Shown: positions 1 to 11,833, counted from the first letter of the stretch. The stretch: DNA of 64,000 nt from Christensenella sp. UBA6094 (GCA_002435915.1 DIWY01000003.1:639-64638), one strand, 5' to 3'. Numbers and translations: made by a program. The notes: generated by a model from the sequence alone, not told the origin.

Positions 1-10
1 GGCACAAATA

Positions 11-646
11 ATGAATAAAGCTATTCTCGGCAAGAAGCTTGGTATGACGCAGATATTTACTGAAGATGGACGTATGATCCCTGTTACAGTAGTAGAAGCT
101 GGCCCTTGCTCTGTCGTTCAGAAAAAGACATTAGAAAAAGATGGCTATATCGCTTTGCAAGTTAGCTTCGGCGGTATACGTGAAAAATTAGTTAATAAAC
201 CTCGCAAAGGTCATTTTGCAAAAGCGAATGCAGCGCTTGCAAGAAATCTTAAAGAACTCAAATTTGGCAATCCAGATAATTACGGGCTAGGCTCTGTAAT
301 AAAGGCTGACATATTTGATGAAGGCGATATCATTGACGTGAGCGGTGTTTCTAAAGGTAAAGGTTTCCAAGGTGTAATTAAGCGCCATGGACAACACAGA
401 GGCCCTATGTCTCATGGTTCTAGATATCACAGACGTCCAGGTTCTATGGGCGCTTGCTCATCACCATCAAAGGTATTCAAGGGCAAGAGACTTCCAGGAC
501 ACATGGGCTCAAGATCAGTTACTATTCAAAACTTAACAATTGTTAAAGTTGATGCGGAAAATAATATTTTGCTTGTTAAGGGAGCTCTTCCTGGCGCAAG
601 AGGCAGTGTTGTTTCGCTAAAAGAAGCAGTTAAAAAAGCCAATTAA
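11..646 (+). CDS. rplC: 50S ribosomal protein L3 (uL3)
   Basis: Protein [20 protein letters not shown]... is recognisable as uL3. First gene of the conserved L3-L4-L23-L2-S19-L22-S3-L16-L29-S17 order. Confidence 0.95.
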   Translation: MNKAILGKKLGMTQIFTEDGRMIPVTVVEAGPCSVVQKKTLEKDGYIALQVSFGGIREKLVNKPRKGHFAKANAALARNLKELKFGNPDNYGLGSVIKADIFDEGDIIDVSGVSKGKGFQGVIKRHGQHRGPMSHGSRYHRRPGSMGACSSPSKVFKGKRLPGHMGSRSVTIQNLTIVKVDAENNILLVKGALPGARGSVVSLKEAVKKAN

Positions 647-675
647 TAACGCTTTCGTGAAGGGAGGAAATAGGA

Positions 676-1296
676 ATGCCTAAAGTTACAGTTTATAATA
701 TTGAAGGCGCTAAAGTAGACGAAATTATGTTAGACGATAATGTGTTTGGCGCTGAAGTTAATAAAAATGTTCTATATGAAGTAGTTCGCGCACAGTTAGC
801 AAATAAGAGACAAGGCACACAAAGTGCTCTTACAAGAGCTGAAGTAAGCGGTGGCGGTAAAAAGCCATGGAGGCAAAAAGGTACAGGCAGAGCACGTCAA
901 GGCTCTATCAGATCTCCTCAGTGGAGACATGGTGGTGTTGTATTCGCGCCTAAGCCAAGAGATTACCATATAGACGTAAACAAAAAAGTAAAAAGAATTG
1001 CAATGAAGAGCGCTTTGTCTAGCAAAGTACAAGATGATGAAATTATTGTATTAGATAATCTTGAGATTGCAGCAGCTAAGACAAAAGAGATGGCAAGAAT
1101 ATTAAAGAATTTTGATATTAAAAAAGCTCTTATTGTACTTACAGATAAAAATGAAACGGTTGAACGTGCATCCTCTAATATTGCAGGAATTAAGACAACT
1201 TTAGTAGGAACATTAAACGTTTATGACATCTTGAAGTATGATAAATTTATTATAACAAGCGATGCTTGTAAAAAAGTAGAGGAGGTGTTCGCGTAA
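676..1296 (+). CDS. rplD: 50S ribosomal protein L4 (uL4)
   Basis: Recognisable uL4 sequence. GGGAGG RBS upstream. Conserved position after rplC. Confidence 0.95.
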   Translation: MPKVTVYNIEGAKVDEIMLDDNVFGAEVNKNVLYEVVRAQLANKRQGTQSALTRAEVSGGGKKPWRQKGTGRARQGSIRSPQWRHGGVVFAPKPRDYHIDVNKKVKRIAMKSALSSKVQDDEIIVLDNLEIAAAKTKEMARILKNFDIKKALIVLTDKNETVERASSNIAGIKTTLVGTLNVYDILKYDKFIITSDACKKVEEVFA

Positions 1297-1592
1297 TGAA
1301 AACTCCTCAACAAATAATCAAAAAACCTGTACTATCAGAAAAAACTTATGATCTCATACCAGAGAAGAAATACGTTTTTGAAGTGGATGTTAAGGCAAAT
1401 AAAACAGAGATTAAAAACGCTGTCCAAGAAATATTTGGCGTACAGGTAGAGAAGGTAAACACACTGCGCACCCAAGGTAAGATTAAGAGACAGGGAATTC
1501 ACTCTGGCAGAAGACCTGAGATCAAAAAAGCGTATGTTCAATTAACAAAAAGCAGTAAATCAATTGAGTTCTTTGACGGCATGGCTCAGTAA
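1296..1592 (+). CDS. rplW: 50S ribosomal protein L23 (uL23)
   Basis: 98 aa with a uL23-like sequence. Start overlaps the rplD stop (TAATG). GAGGAGG RBS. Confidence 0.93.
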   Translation: MKTPQQIIKKPVLSEKTYDLIPEKKYVFEVDVKANKTEIKNAVQEIFGVQVEKVNTLRTQGKIKRQGIHSGRRPEIKKAYVQLTKSSKSIEFFDGMAQ

Positions 1593-1624
1593 GCTGTGCT
1601 AAACTAGTAGGAGGTACATGAATA

Positions 1625-2458
1625 ATGGCGATAAAGAAGTACAAACCGACCTCGCCTGCAAGGCGTTTTATGTCGGTGTCGACCTTTGAAGAGATAACAT
1701 GTACGACGCCTGAGAAATCTCTTTTATCTGAATTAAAGGTTTCAGGCGGCAGAAATGCGCATGGTCATATAACAGTACGCCATAGAGGTGGTACAGCAAA
1801 AAGAAAATATAGAATTATTGACTTTAAGCGTAATAAAGATGATATCCCAGCTAAGGTAGCGACAATTGAGTACGATCCAAACAGATCAGCAAACATAGCA
1901 TTGCTAAACTACGTTGATGGCGAGAAGAGATACATACTAGCACCACTTGGTCTAAAAGTTGGCGATATGGTTCAATCCGGTGCAAGCTCCGATATTAAAC
2001 CAGGCAACGCATTACCAATCATCAACATACCAGTAGGTACTCTTATCCACAACATTGAATTAACAGTAGGCTCTGGCGGACAACTTTGCAGAAGCGCAGG
2101 AAACGTTGCTCAGCTTATGGCTAAAGAAGGCAAGTACTCTCAAGTACGTCTTCCATCTGGCGAAGTTCGCATGATACCTATCAATGCAAAAGCAACTATT
2201 GGGCAGATAGGTAATACAGACCACGAAAACATCTCAATAGGTAAAGCCGGTAGAAAAAGGCATATGGGCTTTAGACCAACAGTTCGTGGTAGCGCAATGA
2301 ACCCTGTAGACCATCCACATGGTGGTGGTGAAGGTAAAGCACCAATCGGTAGACCAGGTCCAGTGTCACCATGGGGCAAACCTACACTTGGCTACAAGAC
2401 ACGTAAGAAGAAAAATACTAACGATAAGTTTATTGTTAAACGTAGGAATAGCAAGTAA
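1625..2458 (+). CDS. rplB: 50S ribosomal protein L2 (uL2)
   Basis: [14 protein letters not shown]... and the [10 protein letters not shown]-type motif ([10 protein letters not shown]). AGGAGG RBS. Confidence 0.97.
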   Translation: MAIKKYKPTSPARRFMSVSTFEEITCTTPEKSLLSELKVSGGRNAHGHITVRHRGGTAKRKYRIIDFKRNKDDIPAKVATIEYDPNRSANIALLNYVDGEKRYILAPLGLKVGDMVQSGASSDIKPGNALPIINIPVGTLIHNIELTVGSGGQLCRSAGNVAQLMAKEGKYSQVRLPSGEVRMIPINAKATIGQIGNTDHENISIGKAGRKRHMGFRPTVRGSAMNPVDHPHGGGEGKAPIGRPGPVSPWGKPTLGYKTRKKKNTNDKFIVKRRNSK

Positions 2459-2489
2459 TAATGCTTCTATAAAGAAGGGAGGCACATAA

Positions 2490-2771
2490 ATGAGTAGATC
2501 GATTAAGAAAGGCCCTTACGTCAGTGAGCGCCTGATGGAAAAAGTAATAGAGATGAACGATGCTGGCAAGAAAAATGTTCTAAAGACATGGTCACGTGCG
2601 TCCACAATATTTCCTGAAATGGTAGGACACACAATTGGTGTGCATGATGGGAAAAAGCACGTTCCAGTATATATAACCGAAGAAATGGTAGGACATAAAT
2701 TGGGCGAGTTCGCTCCCACACGTACGTATAGAGGGCACGCTGGTAGCGAAAAATCCTCTGGCGGACGTTAA
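2490..2771 (+). CDS. rpsS: 30S ribosomal protein S19 (uS19)
   Basis: [11 protein letters not shown]... is a canonical uS19 N-terminus. GGGAGG RBS. Confidence 0.97.
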   Translation: MSRSIKKGPYVSERLMEKVIEMNDAGKKNVLKTWSRASTIFPEMVGHTIGVHDGKKHVPVYITEEMVGHKLGEFAPTRTYRGHAGSEKSSGGR

Positions 2772-2789
2772 AGGAAGGAGGCATACACT

Positions 2790-3176
2790 ATGGCAACAAG
2801 ACAAAGAGAGAAAGCAAAGCAAAGAATAGAAAACAAAGATATGAGACCACACGCTTCTGCTAATTATGTACGTATCTCTAGCCGTAAGGTTAAGCTAATA
2901 ATTGACCTTATTAGGGGCAAGTCGGTTAGTGAAGCTCAAGCGATACTTATGCATACGCCTCAAGCTGCATCGCCTATCGTTGATAAAATTTTAAAAAGCG
3001 CTATAGCAAACGCAGAAAACAACTTGAATATGTCTAGAGACACATTAGTAGTTGCTGAAGTTTTTGCAAACCAAGGCCCAACACTAAAGCGTATGAGGCC
3101 AATGGCTAAAGGGCGTGCAGGCAGGATTTTGAAAAGAACCAGCCACATAAAGATCATTCTTGATCAAGCCAAATAA
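2790..3176 (+). CDS. rplV: 50S ribosomal protein L22 (uL22)
   Basis: uL22-like sequence with conserved order. GGAGG RBS. Confidence 0.94.
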   Translation: MATRQREKAKQRIENKDMRPHASANYVRISSRKVKLIIDLIRGKSVSEAQAILMHTPQAASPIVDKILKSAIANAENNLNMSRDTLVVAEVFANQGPTLKRMRPMAKGRAGRILKRTSHIKIILDQAK

Positions 3177-3189
3177 GGAGGACAAATAA

Positions 3190-3864
3190 ATGGGTCAAAA
3201 AGTAAATCCGCACGGGCTCCGAGTCGGCGTTATAAAAGAATGGGACACACGCTGGTTCGCAAGCAAAAAAGATTTTGCGGGTTATCTTCTAGAAGATCAC
3301 AAAATTAGAGTGTATTTGAAAAAGAAGCTGTTCCCAGCAGGCGTTTCTAAAATATTGATTGAACGCACACTTAACAAAATTGTAGTAGACATCTACACTG
3401 CAAAACCTGGTATCGTTATCGGTAGAGGTGGTAGCGGAGTAGAAATACTAAAAAAAGAATTGCTTAACTTAACTGGGAAAAATATTGTTGTTAACATAAT
3501 TGAAGTTAAAGTACCAGAAATGGATGCTCAACTAGTTGCTGAAAACATCGCAGCTCAGCTAGAGAGGCGTATTAGCTTCAGACGTGCTATGAAACAATCA
3601 CTCGGACGCACAATGAAAGTTGGCGCTAAAGGTATTAAAATACAATGTTCAGGCAGACTTGGCGGCGCTGAAATTGCGCGTAGCGAAGGTTACCATGAAG
3701 GATCAATCCCATTGCAGACAATTAGAGCAGATATAGACTACGGTTTTGCTGAAGCTTCTACTACATATGGTCGCTTAGGTGTTAAAGTATGGATATATAA
3801 GGGAGAGGTACTTCCTGGCAAAAAAGCTCCAACAAATGTACAGGCAAAAGGGGGCAAAAACTAA
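3190..3864 (+). CDS. rpsC: 30S ribosomal protein S3 (uS3)
   Basis: [13 protein letters not shown]... is a canonical uS3 N-terminus. AGGAGG RBS. Confidence 0.97.
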   Translation: MGQKVNPHGLRVGVIKEWDTRWFASKKDFAGYLLEDHKIRVYLKKKLFPAGVSKILIERTLNKIVVDIYTAKPGIVIGRGGSGVEILKKELLNLTGKNIVVNIIEVKVPEMDAQLVAENIAAQLERRISFRRAMKQSLGRTMKVGAKGIKIQCSGRLGGAEIARSEGYHEGSIPLQTIRADIDYGFAEASTTYGRLGVKVWIYKGEVLPGKKAPTNVQAKGGKN

Positions 3865-4310
3865 TGTTGATGCCAAAAAGAGTTAAAAGAAGAAGAGTAT
3901 TTAGAGGCCGCATGAAGGGCAAAGCTACTCGTGGTAACTTGGTATCTTATGGCGAATATGGCTTACAAGCTTTAGAACCACATTGGATAACAAGCAACCA
4001 GATAGAAGCAGCCCGTGTCGCAATGACACGTTACATCAAGCGTGGTGGCCAAGTTTGGATAAAAATATTCCCTGACAAGCCAGTTTCTAAAAAGCCAGCT
4101 GAAACTCGTATGGGTAAAGGTAAAGGCGCACCAGAGTACTGGGTAGCAGTTGTTAAACCAGGTAGGATCATGTTTGAAATTGCGGGAGTAAGCGAAGAAA
4201 TTGCTAGAGAAGCTTTAAGACTTGCAATGCACAAATTACCTGTAAAATGTAAAATCGTTAAAAAGAATGAAGAGAATAATGTGGCGGGTGGTGAAAGCAA
4301 TGAAAGCTAG
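3864..4310 (+). CDS. rplP: 50S ribosomal protein L16 (uL16)
   Basis: [19 protein letters not shown]... is canonical uL16. ATG overlaps the rpsC stop. Confidence 0.97.
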   Translation: MLMPKRVKRRRVFRGRMKGKATRGNLVSYGEYGLQALEPHWITSNQIEAARVAMTRYIKRGGQVWIKIFPDKPVSKKPAETRMGKGKGAPEYWVAVVKPGRIMFEIAGVSEEIAREALRLAMHKLPVKCKIVKKNEENNVAGGESNES

Positions 4311-4506
4311 TAAAAAGTATCATGAACTAACTACTAAAGAGCTCACTACAAAGCAAAAAGAATTGAGGAGCGAGCTATTCAATCTTCGCTTTCAATTGGC
4401 CACAGGCCAGTTGCAAAACCCAGTGTCTGTTAGTCAGACAAGAAGAGATATAGCAAGAGTACAGACAATACTACGCGAACGCGAGTTAAAGGCCGCAGGC
4501 GAATGA
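4300..4506 (+). CDS. rpmC: 50S ribosomal protein L29 (uL29)
   Basis: The track ORF starts at 4267. I place the start at ATG 4300 ([15 protein letters not shown]...), preceded by GGTGGTG and overlapping the rplP stop by 11 nt. Confidence 0.9.
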   Translation: MKASKKYHELTTKELTTKQKELRSELFNLRFQLATGQLQNPVSVSQTRRDIARVQTILRERELKAAGE

Positions 4507-4539
4507 TAGACTCTATCGTTGAAAGGAGGATTTCAATAA

Positions 4540-4800
4540 ATGGAAGAAAGATCTTCTCATAGAAAAGTACGTGTTGGTACTGTCGTTAGCGATAAAATGG
4601 ATAAAACAGTTGTTGTTGCTATAAAAACAAAGACAAAGCATCCACTTTATGGCAAGACTGTAAATAGAACAAAAAAACTACAAGCGCACGATGAGAACAA
4701 TGAGTGTAAAATAGGAGATGTTGTTGAAATAATGGAAACAAGACCTCTGAGCAAAATCAAAAGATTTAGACTCGTAAATATCATCGAAAAGGCACGCTAA
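4540..4800 (+). CDS. rpsQ: 30S ribosomal protein S17 (uS17)
   Basis: uS17-like 86 aa sequence. AGGAGG RBS. Conserved order. Confidence 0.95.
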   Translation: MEERSSHRKVRVGTVVSDKMDKTVVVAIKTKTKHPLYGKTVNRTKKLQAHDENNECKIGDVVEIMETRPLSKIKRFRLVNIIEKAR

Positions 4801-4829
4801 AAAATGAAATTTGGTAAGGAGGAGCCTTT

Positions 4830-5198
4830 ATGATACAACCTCAAACACGTCTAAAGGTTGCTGACAACACGGGCGCTAAGGAAATAATGTGCATCCATGT
4901 TATGGGTGGCTCTCTTAGAAGGACTGCTAACATTGGTGATGTAATTATTGCATCCGTTAAAAGCGCAACACCAGGCGGTGTTGTTAAGAAAAAAGATGTT
5001 GTTAAAGCCGTTATTGTGCGCACCGTCAAAGGTAAAAAAAGAGCAGATGGAACTTACATAAGATTTGACGAGAATGCAGCAGTTATAATAAACGATCAGA
5101 AACAACCAAGGGGCACACGTATATTTGGCCCAGTAGCTCGAGAGCTAAGAGAGAAGGACTATATGAAGATAGTTTCTCTAGCTCCTGAAGTACTTTAA
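4830..5198 (+). CDS. rplN: 50S ribosomal protein L14 (uL14)
   Basis: [18 protein letters not shown]... is canonical uL14. First gene of the spc block. Confidence 0.97.
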   Translation: MIQPQTRLKVADNTGAKEIMCIHVMGGSLRRTANIGDVIIASVKSATPGGVVKKKDVVKAVIVRTVKGKKRADGTYIRFDENAAVIINDQKQPRGTRIFGPVARELREKDYMKIVSLAPEVL

Positions 5199-5213
5199 GG
5201 AGGTGCTCAACGT

Positions 5214-5534
5214 ATGATTAAAAAAGTTCACGTTAAAAAAGACGATAAAGTCGTTGTCATCTCAGGTAAAGACAAAGGCAAAATAGGCAAAGTGCTTACA
5301 GCTTACCCTAAAGAAGGCAAGATCATAGTAGAAGGCGTTAATATACGCACAATGCATAAGAAGCCTAAATCTGCTCAAGAACAAGGTGGCAGAGTTCAAG
5401 AAGAATCTTCTATATATGCAAGTAAAGTTATGCCTTTTTGCGATAAGTGCAAGAAGGGTGTAAGGATTGCACAAAAGATTGACGGAGATAAAAAAGTACG
5501 AGTATGTGCAAAATGTGGCACAGAGCTCGGTTAA
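5214..5534 (+). CDS. rplX: 50S ribosomal protein L24 (uL24)
   Basis: KOW-type uL24 sequence with a C-terminal CxxC...CxxC (CDKCKK...CAKCG). Confidence 0.93.
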   Translation: MIKKVHVKKDDKVVVISGKDKGKIGKVLTAYPKEGKIIVEGVNIRTMHKKPKSAQEQGGRVQEESSIYASKVMPFCDKCKKGVRIAQKIDGDKKVRVCAKCGTELG

Positions 5535-5556
5535 TCGTTGAAAGGAGGTTCTTAAA

Positions 5557-6099
5557 TTGGCAAGATTAAAAGACAAATACATAGAGCAAGTTGTGCCTGC
5601 GCTTATGGAAAAATTCCAATACAAGAACATAAACGAGGTGCCAAAGCTCAATAAAATTGTTGTTAATATGGGAGTAGGCGACGCAAGAGAAAACGCTAAA
5701 GTTCTTGACGTAGCTATGGCCGATCTTAGTATTATTACAGGGCAGAAGCCTATTGCAACTAGAGCAAAAAAATCTATAGCAAACTTTAAGTTAAGAGAAG
5801 GCATGCCTATCGGAGCTAAAGTAACGCTTAGAGGCGCAAGGATGTATGAGTTCGCAGATAAAGTTATTAGTATTGCACTTCCTCGTGTAAGAGACTTTAG
5901 AGGTATTTCACCTAAGTCTTTTGACGGCAGAGGTAATTATGCTTTTGGCGTTAAGGAACAACTTATATTCCCAGAAATTGAGTTTGACAAAGTAGAAAAA
6001 GTTCGTGGAATGGATATTATATTCGTTACTACCGCCAAAACGGACGAGGAGGCTCGTGAATTACTAAGCCTTCTAGGAATGCCGTTTAGGGAAGCCTAG
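5557..6099 (+). CDS. rplE: 50S ribosomal protein L5 (uL5)
   Basis: TTG start after AGGAGG. MARLKDKY... is uL5-like. Confidence 0.96.
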   Translation: MARLKDKYIEQVVPALMEKFQYKNINEVPKLNKIVVNMGVGDARENAKVLDVAMADLSIITGQKPIATRAKKSIANFKLREGMPIGAKVTLRGARMYEFADKVISIALPRVRDFRGISPKSFDGRGNYAFGVKEQLIFPEIEFDKVEKVRGMDIIFVTTAKTDEEARELLSLLGMPFREA

Positions 6100-6114
6100 T
6101 ATAGGAGGGAAAAA

Positions 6115-6300
6115 ATGGCTAGAAAAGCAATGATACTCAAACAGCAGAAACCAGCTAAGTTTTCAACAAGAGCTTACACAAGGTGTAGTATATGTGGACG
6201 CCCACATGCTGTTTTACAAAAATATGGAGTATGCCGTATCTGTTTCAGAGAATTGGCATACCGTGGAGAAATACCAGGAGTAAGAAAAGCGAGCTGGTAA
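6115..6300 (+). CDS. rpsN: 30S ribosomal protein S14 type Z (zinc form, 61 aa)
   Basis: Short 61 aa form with CSICGRP...CRIC zinc-ribbon cysteines. Lies between rplE and rpsH. Confidence 0.95.
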   Translation: MARKAMILKQQKPAKFSTRAYTRCSICGRPHAVLQKYGVCRICFRELAYRGEIPGVRKASW

Positions 6301-6324
6301 TACAAATCGGAAGGAGGGTTTAGC

Positions 6325-6723
6325 ATGGTTGTAACCGATCCCATCGCTGATATGCTAACACGCATTCGTAACGGGCTTGTTACGAAGCACAAAACAATAG
6401 ATATGCCTTCATCGAAGATGAAAAAGTCTATAGCTGAGATATTACTTGAAGAAGGATATATAAGCGGCTATGAAAGCATCGAAGAGGGTAATCATGTTTG
6501 CCTGAGGCTTAAAATGAAATACGGTCCAAATAAGGAACGTGTTATTAACGGATTAAAAAGAATAAGCAAACCTGGTTTAAGAGTGTATGCAGATAAAGAC
6601 ACCGTGCCAAAGGTATTAGGTGGACTTGGAATAGCAATAATATCAACTTCACAAGGCGTTATGACAGATAAAGAAGCGCGTAAAAATCAAGTTGGTGGCG
6701 AAGTGCTTGCATACATCTGGTAA
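6325..6723 (+). CDS. rpsH: 30S ribosomal protein S8 (uS8)
   Basis: [16 protein letters not shown]... is a canonical uS8 N-terminus. Confidence 0.97.
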   Translation: MVVTDPIADMLTRIRNGLVTKHKTIDMPSSKMKKSIAEILLEEGYISGYESIEEGNHVCLRLKMKYGPNKERVINGLKRISKPGLRVYADKDTVPKVLGGLGIAIISTSQGVMTDKEARKNQVGGEVLAYIW

Positions 6724-6760
6724 TAGCAATGCTTATAAGAAACATTAGGAGGTGTAATAC

Positions 6761-7300
6761 ATGTCACGTATTGGTAAAATGCCTATAGTAGTACCTGCAA
6801 GCGTTAATATCAACATAACCCCAGAAAATGTTGTAACGGTTAAAGGACCTAAAGGTGAACTATCTCAGAAGATACACCAAGACATGATTTTAGAAGTGAC
6901 AGACGGAGTATTAACCGTTGCTCGTCCTTCTGATATGAAAACGCATAGATCATTGCACGGCCTATCAAGAACACTAATAGCAAATATGGTTGAAGGCGTA
7001 GTTAATGGCTACACAAAATCATTAGAGCTAGTAGGCGTTGGTTATAGGGCGCAAAAGCAAGGAACTAAATTAGTATTGACAGTCGGCTATTCTCATCCTG
7101 TAGAGTTTGAAGAAGCAGACGGCATTAAGTTAGATACACCTGCTACAAACAAGATAATTGTTAGTGGCATAGACAAACAAAAAGTCGGCGCTGTTGCGGC
7201 AAACATACGTAGCGTACGTGAACCTGAACCATACAAAGGCAAAGGTATCCGTTACGAAGGCGAATATGTACGTCGTAAAGAAGGCAAGACAGGTAAATAG
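6761..7300 (+). CDS. rplF: 50S ribosomal protein L6 (uL6)
   Basis: [12 protein letters not shown]... is canonical uL6. Confidence 0.96.
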   Translation: MSRIGKMPIVVPASVNINITPENVVTVKGPKGELSQKIHQDMILEVTDGVLTVARPSDMKTHRSLHGLSRTLIANMVEGVVNGYTKSLELVGVGYRAQKQGTKLVLTVGYSHPVEFEEADGIKLDTPATNKIIVSGIDKQKVGAVAANIRSVREPEPYKGKGIRYEGEYVRRKEGKTGK

Positions 7301-7321
7301 TAGAGAGGAGAGACAAGGTAA

Positions 7322-7690
7322 ATGATATCAGTTGAAGATAAAAATACCATAAGAAAAGCTCGTCATGATCGTATGCGTTTTACACTTAAGGGCACAACTC
7401 AGCGCCCAAGATTAAATGTATATAGAAGCCTTAAGCATATATATGCTCAGGTTATTGATGATACTTTAGGAGTAACCTTGGCTGCTGCCTCTACTTTAGA
7501 TAACGAATTAAGAGGCCAGTTAGAAGGACTAAACAAAAAAGATAGCGCTAAAAAAGTCGGCGAGCTTGCCGCAAAAAGAGCGCTTGAAAAAGGCGTAAAG
7601 CAAGTTGTATTTGATCGCGGTGGCTATCTGTATACAGGTCGCGTAGAACAAGTAGCAGCAGGCGCGAGAGAAGCAGGGCTCGAATTCTAA
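7322..7690 (+). CDS. rplR: 50S ribosomal protein L18 (uL18)
   Basis: uL18-like sequence ([12 protein letters not shown] motif). Conserved order. Confidence 0.95.
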   Translation: MISVEDKNTIRKARHDRMRFTLKGTTQRPRLNVYRSLKHIYAQVIDDTLGVTLAAASTLDNELRGQLEGLNKKDSAKKVGELAAKRALEKGVKQVVFDRGGYLYTGRVEQVAAGAREAGLEF

Positions 7691-7707
7691 TCGTAAGGAG
7701 GAGAAAT

Positions 7708-8208
7708 ATGAGAGGCATAGATACAAGTACGCTAGATCTTAAAGAGAAGCTTATAACGATCAACCGTGTAACAAAAGTTGTTAAAGGCGGTCGTAAATTT
7801 AGGTTTAGTGCGCTGATTGTACTGGGTGATGAGAACGGCCATGTCGGACTTGGCATGGGTAAAGCTCAAGAGATCCCAGAAGCTATAAATAAAGCAAAAG
7901 AAGAAGCAAAACGCAATATGATAACTGTTCCTATCGTTGGATCTACAATTCCACACGAGATGATAGGAATCTTTAGCAAAGGCCAAGTTATGCTACGCCC
8001 AGCTCCAGAAGGTACTGGCGTTATAGCTGGCGGACCAGTAAGAGCAGTATTAGAGCTTTCTGGTGTTAAAGACATTTATACAAAATCTTATGGTTCAAAT
8101 AATCCTGCAAACTGCGCAAAAGCTACAATCGAAGGCTTAAGAGCTTTGAAGACTGTAGAACAAGTTGCTAAATTGCGCGGCAAAACAACGCAGGAAATAT
8201 TAGGTTAG
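7708..8208 (+). CDS. rpsE: 30S ribosomal protein S5 (uS5)
   Basis: [24 protein letters not shown]... is a canonical uS5 core. Confidence 0.96.
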   Translation: MRGIDTSTLDLKEKLITINRVTKVVKGGRKFRFSALIVLGDENGHVGLGMGKAQEIPEAINKAKEEAKRNMITVPIVGSTIPHEMIGIFSKGQVMLRPAPEGTGVIAGGPVRAVLELSGVKDIYTKSYGSNNPANCAKATIEGLRALKTVEQVAKLRGKTTQEILG

Positions 8209-8220
8209 GAGGTAGCTACT

Positions 8221-8406
8221 ATGGCAAAATTAAAGGTAACACTGGTAAAAAGCACTATTGGCTGCCTGAAAAATCAACAAGAAACTGTAAGATCTCTTGG
8301 GCTTAGAAAAATCAACAGCTCAGCAGTTCATGACGATTCACCAGCAATCAAAGGTATGATATTTACAGTAAAACATTTAGTAAAAGTAGAAGATGTTCAA
8401 GAATAA
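8221..8406 (+). CDS. rpmD: 50S ribosomal protein L30 (uL30)
   Basis: 61 aa beginning [11 protein letters not shown]... Conserved order. Confidence 0.93.
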   Translation: MAKLKVTLVKSTIGCLKNQQETVRSLGLRKINSSAVHDDSPAIKGMIFTVKHLVKVEDVQE

Positions 8407-8427
8407 TGCGATAAGGAGGTGCTATTA

Positions 8428-8871
8428 TTGAAACTCCATGAGTTAAAACCGGCAGAAAATAGTCGCAAAGCCGTAAAACGTTTAGGACGTGGTCCAGGTT
8501 CTGGAACAGGCAAAACTTCTGGTAAAGGTCATAAAGGACAAAAAGCTAGAAGTGGTGGTGGCGTTCGCCCAGGTTTCGAGGGTGGCCAGATGCCATTGTT
8601 CCGTCGTATACCAAAACGTGGCTTTACAAATATATTTGCAAAAGAATATGCAATCGTTAATGTTGCTGATCTAAATAAGTTTGAGGATGGCACTGTTATA
8701 ACAGCAGAGCTATTAAAAGAAACAGGTGTTATTTCCAAAATCAATGATGGTTTGAAGGTTCTTGGAAACGGTACACTCGAAAAGAAATTAGAAGTAAAAG
8801 CTGCTAAAGTTAGCAAAGCTGCACAGCAGAAAATTGAGGAGGCTGGCGGCAAAGTTGAGGTGGCAGGATAA
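8428..8871 (+). CDS. rplO: 50S ribosomal protein L15 (uL15)
   Basis: The track starts at GTG 8419, which sits inside the AAGGAGG RBS. TTG 8428 gives the typical [11 protein letters not shown]... N-terminus with 8-nt spacing. Confidence 0.9.
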   Translation: MKLHELKPAENSRKAVKRLGRGPGSGTGKTSGKGHKGQKARSGGGVRPGFEGGQMPLFRRIPKRGFTNIFAKEYAIVNVADLNKFEDGTVITAELLKETGVISKINDGLKVLGNGTLEKKLEVKAAKVSKAAQQKIEEAGGKVEVAG

Positions 8872-10124
8872 TGTTTGAAATATTTCGTAATGCTTGGAAG
8901 GTAGAAGATTTACGTAAAAAGATTATTTACACACTTCTTATGCTGCTAGTTTATAGACTTGGTGCCTACGTGCCAATTGCAGGCGTTAACGTAGATTACA
9001 TTGCAGCAAAAGTAAGTGAGTACAGTGCGCTTGGATTTTTAGATTTATTCTCCGGCGGATCGTTCAGTTCGTTTACGATTTTTGCAATGGGTATTTCACC
9101 TTATATAAGTGCTTCCATTATTATGAATTTGCTGACGGTAGTAATACCTAAGCTCGAAAGATTATCTAAAGAAGGCGATGAAGGCCGTAAAGCTATCATG
9201 AAATACACAAGGTATTTCACTGTTGCTCTCGCATTTGTACAATCAGTTGCTATCGTTATTGGCTTAGGCTCCGGTGCAATGATTGAAGCTACACCATTTA
9301 ACTACTTATTAGTAGGATTAAGCTTAACAGCTGGTACTGCTCTTATAATGTGGATGGGCGAGCGAATAACTGAAAATGGTGTCGGAAACGGTATCTCGTT
9401 AATTATATTCACAAGTATTGTTGTAAGAATACCACAATTCGGTGCACAAATATTTGCTGCAATACAGAGTGGTACAGATCCATGGGTACTACTACCTATA
9501 ACAATATTTGTAGTCGCTGTAATAGTTGGCATAACGTTTATTGATCTTGGTCAAAGACGTATACCAGTACAGTATGCAAAAAAAGTAGTAGGTCGTAAAA
9601 TGTACGGTGGACAGAGCACATACATACCAATTAAGCCTAATGCATCAGGAGTTATACCAATCATTTTTGCGCTAACAATAATGCAGTTCCCGTCTATGAT
9701 TGCCCAGTTTTGGCCAACAAGCGGATTCTCAATATGGTATAATAACTATTTAGCAGCTGGCTCCGTATTGTATTCAGTCCTCTACATAGTGCTAATTGTT
9801 GGATTTACATTCTTCTATGCTTCAATATCTTTCAATCCAAGAGATATAGCAAAGAATTTGCAACAATATGGTGGCTTCGTACCTGGAATACGTCCTGGAA
9901 AACCTACATCAGAATATTTTTCTCGTATTTCTTCAAGGCTAACGTTTTTTGGTGGTGTTTTTCTAGCTCTTGTAGCTGCAATACCAATGATGTTTACTTC
10001 AGTAGTAGGATTCTCCTCGGTCTTTGGCGCAACAAGCGTACTAATACTTGTAAGCGTTGCACTTGAGACAGCTAAGCAACTCGAGTCACAAATGCTTATG
10101 CGTAATTATAAGGGCTTCCTATAG
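8871..10124 (+). CDS. secY: Preprotein translocase subunit SecY
   Basis: 417 aa polytopic membrane protein at the canonical position after rplO. SecY-like sequence throughout. Confidence 0.96.
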   Translation: MFEIFRNAWKVEDLRKKIIYTLLMLLVYRLGAYVPIAGVNVDYIAAKVSEYSALGFLDLFSGGSFSSFTIFAMGISPYISASIIMNLLTVVIPKLERLSKEGDEGRKAIMKYTRYFTVALAFVQSVAIVIGLGSGAMIEATPFNYLLVGLSLTAGTALIMWMGERITENGVGNGISLIIFTSIVVRIPQFGAQIFAAIQSGTDPWVLLPITIFVVAVIVGITFIDLGQRRIPVQYAKKVVGRKMYGGQSTYIPIKPNASGVIPIIFALTIMQFPSMIAQFWPTSGFSIWYNNYLAAGSVLYSVLYIVLIVGFTFFYASISFNPRDIAKNLQQYGGFVPGIRPGKPTSEYFSRISSRLTFFGGVFLALVAAIPMMFTSVVGFSSVFGATSVLILVSVALETAKQLESQMLMRNYKGFL

Positions 10125-10147
10125 TAGATAGAGGAAGGTGTATATAT

Positions 10148-10774
10148 ATGAAATTAGTTTTATTGGGGCCTCCTGGGGCAGGTAAAGGAACTCTTTCTGG
10201 ATTTTTAGTAAGCGAATTATCTTTTGTACATTTATCAGCAGGAGATATGCTAAGAAATGAAATGAAGAGTGGCACAGAAATAGGTTTGAAAGCAAAAAGT
10301 TTCGTTGAAAGCGGAGCACTTGTTCCGGATGACCTTATAATCGATATGATGCTAAAAGAATTATCAGATAAAGATGAAAACGCTGGTATCATATTAGATG
10401 GTTTTCCAAGAACAGTTGCACAAGCTGAGGCACTTGATAAAAAAATGAACCTAGATTTAGCGCTTAATATAACAGCAGATTATGATGTTATAATAAAACG
10501 CTTATCTGGCAGAATGATTTGCAGAAGCTGCGGTGCAATATATAATAAAATGTCTTATGATAAAGATACTTGCGACAAATGTGGTGGAGAATTGTATCAA
10601 CGTGACGACGATAAGCCAGAGACAGTTGCTAATAGGCTTAAAGTATACGAAGAGCAATCAAAGCCATTGGTTAAGTATTATAGGGACAAAGGCATTCTTC
10701 AAGAATTAGATGGCAGCAAGGACAGTAAAATTCTTGTTGGCGAGTTCAAGAAGATAATGGAGATGTATAAATAG
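10148..10774 (+). CDS. adk: Adenylate kinase (zinc-lid type)
   Basis: P-loop GPPGAGKGT. Lid has four cysteines (CRSCG...CDKCG). Confidence 0.96.
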   Translation: MKLVLLGPPGAGKGTLSGFLVSELSFVHLSAGDMLRNEMKSGTEIGLKAKSFVESGALVPDDLIIDMMLKELSDKDENAGIILDGFPRTVAQAEALDKKMNLDLALNITADYDVIIKRLSGRMICRSCGAIYNKMSYDKDTCDKCGGELYQRDDDKPETVANRLKVYEEQSKPLVKYYRDKGILQELDGSKDSKILVGEFKKIMEMYK

Positions 10775-11520
10775 TGATCTATATAAAGACGGTCAGCGAA
10801 ATTGCTAAGATAAGAAAAGCAGGCGAAATTGTTTATGGTGCGCTAGTAGTATCAGAAAAAGCAACTAAGCCAGGTGTAACAACCGCTTATCTTGATGAAT
10901 TAGTTGCCGACTATATAAAATCCAAGGGAGCCATACCATCATTCTTAGGATACAATGGCTACCCAGCTAGCGCTTGTATAAGCGTTAATAATGAATTAGT
11001 ACATGGTATTCCCGGCAAAAGAGTATTACACGAAGGCGATATTGTTTCTGCAGATATTGGAGCCTGCTTTGATGGGTTCCATGCAGATGCAGCAAGAACA
11101 TTCCCTGTTGGTGAGATAGATGAAGCCTCAAGAAAGCTTATTGAAGTTACAAAGCAATCATTTTTTGAAGGATTAAAGTATGCCCGCCAAGGTAATCGCC
11201 TCTATGATATATCCAGTGCGATCCAACAATACGCTGAATCTTTTGGATATACAATAGTACGAGAACTTACAGGGCATGGCATAGGTAGAGATCTACACGA
11301 GGATCCATCGATTCCAAACTACGGTAATGCTGGCAGAGGCGTTAGGCTAAGAAAAGGCATGGCGCTTGCAATAGAGCCAATGATAAACGAAGGTAGACGT
11401 GAGGTGTACATGTTAGATGATGGCTGGACAGTAGTCACAGCCGACGGCAAAAGATGTGCACATTATGAAAACACTATAGCGATAACAGATGGTGAACCAC
11501 TATTGCTGACTGTAGAATGA
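10774..11520 (+). CDS. map: Type I methionine aminopeptidase
   Basis: GTG start overlapping the adk stop. MetAP-I-like sequence with metal-ligand context (DIGA..., HGIG, EPM). Confidence 0.94.
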   Translation: MIYIKTVSEIAKIRKAGEIVYGALVVSEKATKPGVTTAYLDELVADYIKSKGAIPSFLGYNGYPASACISVNNELVHGIPGKRVLHEGDIVSADIGACFDGFHADAARTFPVGEIDEASRKLIEVTKQSFFEGLKYARQGNRLYDISSAIQQYAESFGYTIVRELTGHGIGRDLHEDPSIPNYGNAGRGVRLRKGMALAIEPMINEGRREVYMLDDGWTVVTADGKRCAHYENTIAITDGEPLLLTVE

Positions 11521-11535
11521 TAAGGAGGATACCAA

Positions 11536-11811
11536 ATGAAAGACTTATCTGTTGAGGTTGGTAGGGTTGTACTCTCGAAAGCAGGCAGAGATAAAGGTAA
11601 TTTCTTCGTAATAACTGATATTTTGGATGAAAATTATGTTATAATATCAGATGGCGTTAAAAGAAAGCTTAAAACGCCTAAAAAGAAGAAATTAAAACAT
11701 CTTGACCTAAAACCTGTCGTCTTAGATGAGATAGCAAAAAAGATTGAGATTAAGAGGCTTTCAGATAGCGATATCGAAAAGGCACTCAGAGAACAAGAAC
11801 TTATAAGCTAA
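11536..11811 (+). CDS. KOW-domain small RNA-binding protein (L14e-like), common between map and infA in Clostridia
   Basis: 91 aa with a GRVVLSKAGRDKG KOW-like motif and a lysine-rich centre. AGGAGG RBS. Confidence 0.6.
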   Translation: MKDLSVEVGRVVLSKAGRDKGNFFVITDILDENYVIISDGVKRKLKTPKKKKLKHLDLKPVVLDEIAKKIEIKRLSDSDIEKALREQELIS

Positions 11812-11833
11812 TTGAAGTTTTAGGAGGGATAGC

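Noticed and set aside
5262-5804. 180-aa minus-strand ORF. Similar long antisense ORFs occur at 40067-40639, 48536-49096, 50147-50692, 57398-57886, 17445-17855, 29180-29590 and 42542-42952.
   Set aside because: All lie fully antisense to well-supported conserved genes (rplX/rplE, the CoADR fusion, aconitase, chrA, pgk, ecfT, the histidine kinase, glmM). They have low-complexity, Ser/Ile/Phe-rich translations and lack an RBS. These are typical shadow ORFs.
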